DNA from: Deltaproteobacteria bacterium
GTDB taxonomy: Bacteria > Desulfobacterota > Dissulfuribacteria > Dissulfuribacterales > JALVPX01
NCBI GenBank assembly: GCA_027023445.1
Contig: JALVVK010000111.1
Coordinates: 11,989 to 75,988, forward strand
DNA length: 64,000 nt
Reading direction: 5' to 3'
The position numbers and the translations under genes are program-made. The notes below the pieces were generated by a model. That model made no database searches. It was given only the letters and a program-made list of their open reading frames with translations, and was not told the DNA's origin. Below, piece by piece: positions 58,488-64,000 of the stretch (the stretch's first letter is position 1; every line of letters starts with the position of its first letter).

Positions 58488-58738
58488 CCCGGATTATGCA
58501 GCTCGCAGGTTTGCCGAAGGTGCAAGACGGAGGGTATGCAGACGTGCTATGGTACTTCAACTACCTGATAACGCATCAAATTCGGTGAAATTGTGAGCTC
58601 CTTGCGGCTTCAAAGGCCGAATTTTTGCTGTTGGAACCTGCCACCATTCAGGTGAATATTTTGGGTATCATGTTAGTAATAACCTGGTGAAATTATATAT
58701 AAAATTATTTTATCGTTATTTGAAGTGCATAATCCGGG
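58488..58738 (+). mobile_element. 251-bp TIR element (MITE-2), copy 2
   Basis: Perfect 13-bp TIR CCCGGATTATGCA / TGCATAATCCGGG; flanked by ATAAA direct repeats (58483-58487, 58739-58743). Confidence 0.7.
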
Positions 58739-58786
58739 ATAAACGTCCGGCTGGACTTATGGACCTGGAAGGAGGCATGATCAATC

Positions 58787-59668
58787 ATGTTTCGTCATCC
58801 TGACATGAGAACGACTCCCCCACCTGCACGCCATGTGTCTGCTGGCGTGTTGTTTATCTTTGCCTGCCTTTTTATGGCACTCCTGCTGAGTCCTGCCTCC
58901 AGCACGGCATTAGAGGGCCGTATCAACCTGAATACCGCGACGGTCAGCGAGCTTCAGAAATTACCCTTTATCGGGATTGAAAGGGCAAGGGCCATTGTGG
59001 ACTATCGCAGGAAGCACGGTCCGTTTGAGGATCCCGGGGACCTGCTTAAAAGCAGGCTTGTCGGTACCGCCACCCTTGATGCCATAAGGCCTTATCTGAA
59101 ATTTTCCGGACCGTCCGATATAGGAGGCGTTTCAGGGATAAGGGAGCGGAAAGAGTTTGGCGGCGCGGAATTGACCGGCCTAAGGGTGTTTCATTGCATA
59201 TCCACAAGACCGGGGGATATCAGGGTGCTTCCTGACAGTGATTACTACTATGTGTTGCGTCAGTTTTTAAGCCAGGCAAGACATCGCATAGACATGGCAA
59301 TGTTTCTTTTTAAGACCACGTCGTCTCCTAAAAATCGGCCTTCGGTTATTTTGCGGGAGCTTATACAGGCCAGGAAAAGAGGTGTGAGGGTGTCGGTATT
59401 GCTGGAGAAATCCGGTTATGACCCATCAATCAACAGGGAAAACCGGCGGGTTGCGAGGCTGCTGAAGAGAAATCGTGTCAACGTCCGTTTTGATTCACCT
59501 GACACCACGACCCACGTGAAAATTGTGGTGATAGATGGCCGTTTTGTTTTTGTGGGCAGCCATAATCTTACCCAGGCGGCCCTTGCCTATAATCACGAAT
59601 TTTCCCTTCTGATCGACAGCGTTTCCCTTGCCCGGGAGGTAACAGCCTATTTGAACAGGATCCATTAG
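58787..59668 (+). CDS. secreted/membrane-anchored ComEA-type helix-hairpin-helix + single-HKD phospholipase D (Nuc-like nuclease) fusion protein
   Basis: Hydrophobic signal/anchor; LNTATVSELQKLPFIGIERARAIVDYR HhH; HVKIVVIDGRFVFVGSHN = HxK(x4)D(x6)GSxN. Confidence 0.75.
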   Translation: MFRHPDMRTTPPPARHVSAGVLFIFACLFMALLLSPASSTALEGRINLNTATVSELQKLPFIGIERARAIVDYRRKHGPFEDPGDLLKSRLVGTATLDAIRPYLKFSGPSDIGGVSGIRERKEFGGAELTGLRVFHCISTRPGDIRVLPDSDYYYVLRQFLSQARHRIDMAMFLFKTTSSPKNRPSVILRELIQARKRGVRVSVLLEKSGYDPSINRENRRVARLLKRNRVNVRFDSPDTTTHVKIVVIDGRFVFVGSHNLTQAALAYNHEFSLLIDSVSLAREVTAYLNRIH

Positions 59669-59682
59669 CTGTTTATCCGGAA

Positions 59683-60976
59683 ATGCATTTTGGGATTATT
59701 CATGGACACATAAGCAATCATGCTATGAAGTTGGATGAAAAGAAATATTCTGGCAAAAAAGATGTTAAGGCCTGTTCCTCGGATTACCTTTTTCTTGAAT
59801 TTTACGGGCAGGCAGTGGCCCTGCTTCCTGACCCGGAGGACCCGCGTCCCGGTCTTGCCTTTATAACGCCTGGTAAAAGACCCGGCGTTGAGGAGCGAAA
59901 CTGTACCTGTCCCTGGCAGATGTTCTTGAGACCCGCAGCCAGGGAAGGCGATTTATTAACACGAAGGCCGGCTGTCTGGATTGCCAGTTACAATGTTTTG
60001 ACCACATCGAGAAAATTTTTGGCCCGGACGTCATGGAAAGAATTGGCGATCAGGGCTTACTTCCCCCCTCAGAGAATATCAGATGAAGGGATTGGGATGG
60101 GCTTTTTACTTTTACAGGAATGGCCTTGGGGGGCTTCTCTGCGATGATATGGGGCTTGGGAAGACACTTCAGGTAATGGGGCTGATAACGCTATCAGATT
60201 TTCATTTACCGTGGCAGTTTTTGATGAAATCCAGCACATAAAAAATCCTTCTACAAGGGCCTATTCAGCGGCGGGGGCCATCCGGGCACGCATGAAACAA
60301 GGAAACCGTTCCCGATGAATTGCCGGAAAAGGTAGAGGACATCATGTAATGCCGGCTGAGTGAACAACAGGTGAAGCTTTACAGGGACGCGATTCCCACG
60401 CAGGGCAGAAATCTCGCGGACGTGCTTGCCGGGAACCGGGAGTTCCATACATACACATATTCGCCCTTCTCAACCTGCTGAAACTAATTTGTGACCATCC
60501 CGTCCTGGCAATGAATGATGTGGAAAATTACGAGAATTATCAATCCGGGAAATGGGATCTTTTCAGGGAACTTCTCCAGGAAAGCCTGGAAAGCGGACAA
60601 AAGGTGGTGGTATCCAGCCAGTATCTTGACATGATACATATCATGGAACAGCATCTGGAAAAATCAGGGTGGAATTTGTCACCCTGATAGGGGCCGGTCG
60701 GAACCGTAAAGAGGTCATAAAGCGTTTTAACCGGGACCCTGGCTGCGCGTTATTCTTGCAGGTTTCAAGGCAGGAGGCACAGGCATAGACCTTATTTCCG
60801 GTTCTGTTTCATTCACTATGACAGGTGGTGGAACGCTGCCGGGGAAGACCAGGCAACCGGGCTTTGACAGGGCGCGTACAGGAAATGCCTGCTGCGGCAT
60901 CCCGGATGGCCTGATGACCGCGATTTCCCCGCAGAATTTCACGCAAGGTCGCCAAGGCGCAAAACTTTTTCTTTAA
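59683..60976 (+). pseudogene. decayed SWIM-zinc-finger / SNF2-family helicase gene (multiple frameshifts, stops and internal deletions)
   Basis: Fragments in three frames: CTCPW (59.9 kb), GGLLCDDMGLGKTLQVMGLI (60122-60181), AVFDEIQHIKNPST (60215-60256), EDIM*CRLSEQQVKLYRD (TAA at 60347), LLKLICDHPVL..SGKWDLFRELL..GQKVVV, HYDRWWNAAGEDQA (60814-60855). Confidence 0.8.
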
Positions 60977-61003
60977 TAACAGCAGATTGCCTTTGCGAGG
61001 TCA

Positions 61004-62026
61004 TCATTTTTTGTAAAGGTAAAAAAACAGGCCCGTAAGCACGTAGGCGGTGTTCAGCCCCAGGGAAGTCCATAGAAACAGGGTGATCCCCTGCATCTGG
61101 CCCTGAAGAAGCCATGGAAGCGCGAGAGACAGCAGGCAAAGGGGTGTGATAAAGAAAAGTTTTATTCCGGAAAGGTCTTTCTTGCCTTTCTTGGCCGCCC
61201 ACATATCCAGGCCCTGAGCGGTAAATTCAAGGCAGAGTATGAGAAGGATCAGGACCGTAAGTTCCCTTGGTACCAGGGGAATCAGCGTTACCGATGCCAT
61301 TGGCACTGCCAGCGACGCAATGAGCTTGACAAGGGTTCGAGGCCCCTGCCTCAGGCATTCAGGCAGTCCCTTTGTAACGTATTGCGCGCCGGATGCCAGG
61401 GTAATCGCCATGATGACCAGCCCGTAGATAAGTATGGACGCGTGCGTATCCATGCAAAGCCTTGTCGCGAGGGCTGTCGCAAGCATGGCCAGAGCGACCT
61501 TCATCCTGGAGGATATGGATCCTTCCCTTATATACAGGGCTATCGCGAGAAATATGGTGGCAATGAGCGCCCCGGATACAAAGGCCACGGGCACGATCTT
61601 TTCAGGGTAGGTATCTATAATCAGGATAAGACCCGCTCCTGTCATCTGCAGGGTGGTCTTTATCTTGGCGATTTCCGTTACGGGCAGGTCTTTGCCTGCC
61701 TGTCTCAGAACATGACGCAGGTCTGTTACGAGAAACTCCCTCAGGAAAATAGGCCAGACCACCCAGATGGGAAGGATACGAAGATCCACCAGGGGAATGA
61801 GCATGACCGCTATGAAGATCTTGTCTGCCAGGGGGTCAAGGAGCGCCCCCAGGTCGGTTGCGCCTTCCATTCTTGCCAGCAGACCGTCCAGGTAGTCCGT
61901 GAGCCCCAGTATTGTCAGTATTACCAGCGCGGCAGCCCTTGATTCGGCCCCCCCGTAAATAAGCATGTAAGGCACGGGCAGCAGTATTATCCTGGCGATT
62001 GTAAGATGGTTGGCCCTTATCTTCAT
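61004..62026 (-). CDS. CDP-alcohol phosphatidyltransferase family protein (PgsA-like N-terminal half) with ~150-aa extra C-terminal polytopic domain
   Basis: DYLDGLLARMEGATDLGALLDPLADK = D(x2)DG(x2)AR...G(x3)D(x3)D; start set at ATG 62026, forming an ATGA overlap with the upstream stop. Confidence 0.8.
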   Translation of the reverse strand: MKIRANHLTIARIILLPVPYMLIYGGAESRAAALVILTILGLTDYLDGLLARMEGATDLGALLDPLADKIFIAVMLIPLVDLRILPIWVVWPIFLREFLVTDLRHVLRQAGKDLPVTEIAKIKTTLQMTGAGLILIIDTYPEKIVPVAFVSGALIATIFLAIALYIREGSISSRMKVALAMLATALATRLCMDTHASILIYGLVIMAITLASGAQYVTKGLPECLRQGPRTLVKLIASLAVPMASVTLIPLVPRELTVLILLILCLEFTAQGLDMWAAKKGKKDLSGIKLFFITPLCLLSLALPWLLQGQMQGITLFLWTSLGLNTAYVLTGLFFYLYKK

Positions 62027-62583
62027 CAGGATTTGTCCTTTTTCTGTCTGGAAAACTTCACCCATACGGGATGAAAGGTTTCAAGCATTTTTCTCCTTGC
62101 CGCGCCCAGGCGTTCAAGCCCCTGAACAAAGCGGGTGTAATGATCAGGCGGGCCAATTTCGATCTGGACAAGAAGCGGGTCGCAAAAATACCAGGTACAG
62201 CGGAACGGCCTCTGTTGCCGTGGAAGAACGCATCCGGCAGATCCCATGAACTGGCACATGTCTTTTTCGTTCACATCAAGACGGTATTCCGGGATCTCAA
62301 ACCCCATTGCCATAATACCTACAAGGTCTTCGAACGCGGGAAAGCCGTGTCTGTTGGCGCAGCATACTGTTCCGCAAAATGGGCACACCCTTGATGTGTA
62401 ATACTGTATCAATGGATCCAGCGCATCGAACGCCTCCCTGTATTCCCGCGCGCTGTCCCTTACGTCGTCAAGGATCACAGAGGCGGGGGCGAAGATGATC
62501 CGCAGTTTTTTCACGGCGGCGTGAAAGGCGTCAGGTTCAGAGATACTAAGTGTCGGAAATCTCGTTATGTTGGAATCGCTCAT
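62026..62583 (-). CDS. Cys-rich protein, distant YkgJ-like
   Basis: CPFCGTVCC and CQFMGSAGCVLPRQQRPFRCTWYFC motifs. Confidence 0.5.
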   Translation of the reverse strand: MSDSNITRFPTLSISEPDAFHAAVKKLRIIFAPASVILDDVRDSAREYREAFDALDPLIQYYTSRVCPFCGTVCCANRHGFPAFEDLVGIMAMGFEIPEYRLDVNEKDMCQFMGSAGCVLPRQQRPFRCTWYFCDPLLVQIEIGPPDHYTRFVQGLERLGAARRKMLETFHPVWVKFSRQKKDKS

Positions 62584-62597
62584 GGAAGCGCCTTATA

Positions 62598-63695
62598 TCA
62601 GGAAAAGTCTTCGTATCCAAGGGTCTTGAGCCTTTTTACAATGTCCTGGATGGCATTGAGGCGTTCTCTCGGGCATACGAGGACCACGTCTCTGGCAAGG
62701 ATTACAGCCATGTCGTTCAGTCCCATTGAGGCAATAAATTTTTTGTTATCTGCCACCAGAAGACAGTTATTGCAGTCCAGGGCAATAATTTTGCCTTCCA
62801 TGGCATTTAGATGTCTGTCCTTGGGTAAAAGTTCATATATACTGGACCACAGGCCTATGTCCTGCCAGTGAAAATCCGCAGGAAAGACCACCACGTTCTC
62901 CGCCCTTTCAAACAGGACCTCATCTATGGAGATGTCCGGAAGATGTTTGTATAACCTGCAGGCCAGCGTTGTATTCCCTTTTCCCAGTTCCCTGAGAATG
63001 GGTACCAGGGGCCTCCATATTTCTTCAGAATACTGGGCGAGGGAACTTAGAAGCGTGGTGGAAGTGAAGGCGAATATGCCGCTGTTCCACAGGAATCCTT
63101 TTTTTTCAAGGTAGTGTTTTGCGGTCCTTCTGTCAGGTTTTTCATGGAAACTTTTTGCCCTGTAACAGGGGCAGAATTTTTCATCGTCAAGAAGTCTTCC
63201 GACCTCTATATATCCGTAAGATGTTTCAGGCCTGAAGGGCGTTATGCCATAGGTGACAAGATATGGTTTCGAAGCCGCCAGCTCAAGGCCCATCTGTAAA
63301 AGGTGCCTGAACCTTGCCTCTTCCTTTATATGGTGGTCTGAGGGAAGAACTGCCAGTGCGCATCCAGGATGAATCCGGTCTATAAGGGATGCGGCCCATG
63401 CTATGGCCGCGGCAGTGCCCTTGGGCACAGGTTCGATCAGAATATTTCCCTCGGGAAGTTCCGGCACCTGATCCATGACATCCTTTTTTTGAAAGGGTTT
63501 GGTCACGATCCAGATTCTCTCCGGGGAGAACATGTGCCTTATCCTTGACACGGTCTGTTGTAGCAGGGTCTTGTCGCTCCGGATCCTTAGAAACTGTTTG
63601 GGCCTGAATCGCCTGCTCCTGGGCCAGAGCCTCGTGCCTATTCCTCCGGCAAGGATGAGAGCGCAGTTTGTTGCAGTTTTCACTGTGTCCTCCAT
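62598..63695 (-). CDS. sugar-1-phosphate nucleotidyltransferase, mannose-1-phosphate guanylyltransferase-like (no isomerase domain)
   Basis: LILAGGIGTRLWPRSRRFRPKQFL N-terminal motif typical of ManC/CpsB-type enzymes. Confidence 0.8.
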   Translation of the reverse strand: MEDTVKTATNCALILAGGIGTRLWPRSRRFRPKQFLRIRSDKTLLQQTVSRIRHMFSPERIWIVTKPFQKKDVMDQVPELPEGNILIEPVPKGTAAAIAWAASLIDRIHPGCALAVLPSDHHIKEEARFRHLLQMGLELAASKPYLVTYGITPFRPETSYGYIEVGRLLDDEKFCPCYRAKSFHEKPDRRTAKHYLEKKGFLWNSGIFAFTSTTLLSSLAQYSEEIWRPLVPILRELGKGNTTLACRLYKHLPDISIDEVLFERAENVVVFPADFHWQDIGLWSSIYELLPKDRHLNAMEGKIIALDCNNCLLVADNKKFIASMGLNDMAVILARDVVLVCPRERLNAIQDIVKRLKTLGYEDFS

Positions 63696-64000
63696 CCCTT
63701 AGTGTCCATAACGAGTCGAATTGCCGCAACACTCGCAATGGCCGCGGTTTCCGCTCTCAGCGTGCGCCTTCCCAGGCTGGCAGTCAGAAAACCTTTCCTG
63801 CGGCACGCTTTCAGTTCCCCTGTGGAAAATCCCCCTTCAGGTCCCACGAGCAGGCGGACGGATCTCAGTGACCGCGCCCCCTGGTTACCGACGCGATCCA
63901 GCAGACCTGGAGCGCCTGACGTATGATCAAGGATAATGGACATGCATGTTTCCTCATCCGGCAATGAAAGGGCCTCTTCCAGGGAGCAGACAGGATATAT
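63680..64000 (-). CDS. rsmE: 16S rRNA (uracil1498-N3)-methyltransferase RsmE, C-terminal part (gene runs off the window)
   Basis: LLVGPEGGFSTGEL and LGRRTLRAETAAIA SPOUT motifs. Confidence 0.75.
   Translation of the reverse strand: MYPVCSLEEALSLPDEETCMSIILDHTSGAPGLLDRVGNQGARSLRSVRLLVGPEGGFSTGELKACRRKGFLTASLGRRTLRAETAAIASVAAIRLVMDTKGWRTQ

Noticed and set aside
58787-60976. Intact DISARM-like or other PLD+SNF2 defence system
   Set aside because: The SNF2 gene is dead, no methyltransferase, DUF1998 or second helicase gene is present, and the PLD protein looks secreted. It is reported only as a possible remnant.

Overview
This 64-kb chromosomal segment looks like a Desulfobacterota (delta-proteobacterium-like) core-genome region, judging from gene content and protein motifs; the taxon is inference only. 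It holds about 55 tightly packed protein genes, mostly housekeeping: pilZ / pilD / sigma54 response regulator; waaA-lpxK; metK-ahcY; ppsA; phoH-ybeY-pdxJ-acpS; corA; sensor kinase-radA; two EF-G paralogs; thrC; trmL-ychF-moaB; ptsH-ptsI-hemW; feoB; xseB-ispA-dxs; guaA-dnaE; smpB; ppiC-ftsH-degP; rsmE (partial). There are three tRNAs (Pro-UGG, Ser-UGA, Ser-GCU). I see no rRNA, CRISPR array, cas gene, integrase, transposase, prophage or intact recognisable defence or toxin system. Seven things are not explained by ordinary annotation. (1) Two families of short non-autonomous repeats fill most of the larger intergenic gaps: a ~170-bp palindromic element built from RTAAATG heptads (3 large copies plus fragments), and a 251-bp TIR/TSD element (2 full copies plus end fragments), with one nested inside the other. 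(2) A tRNA-bracketed pair of convergent paralogous multihaem cytochromes has a frameshifted relic of a third copy between them. (3) A heavily decayed SWIM/SNF2 helicase pseudogene lies beside an intact secreted HhH-PLD nuclease-like gene. (4) ybeY and pdxJ are fused in frame. (5) An EF-G paralog, a RecA-like ATPase and an orphan DppD-type ABC ATPase form a gene string. (6) A CooT-like gene and a gene for a protein with a His-rich tail are separated by an 11-unit heptanucleotide array. (7) A nucleotidyltransferase, a YkgJ-like protein and an extended CDP-alcohol phosphatidyltransferase form an operon. All family assignments come from motif recognition by eye; no database search was possible. 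I do not see a clear-cut novel multi-gene system. The repeat families and items 2-7 are the candidates worth checking.
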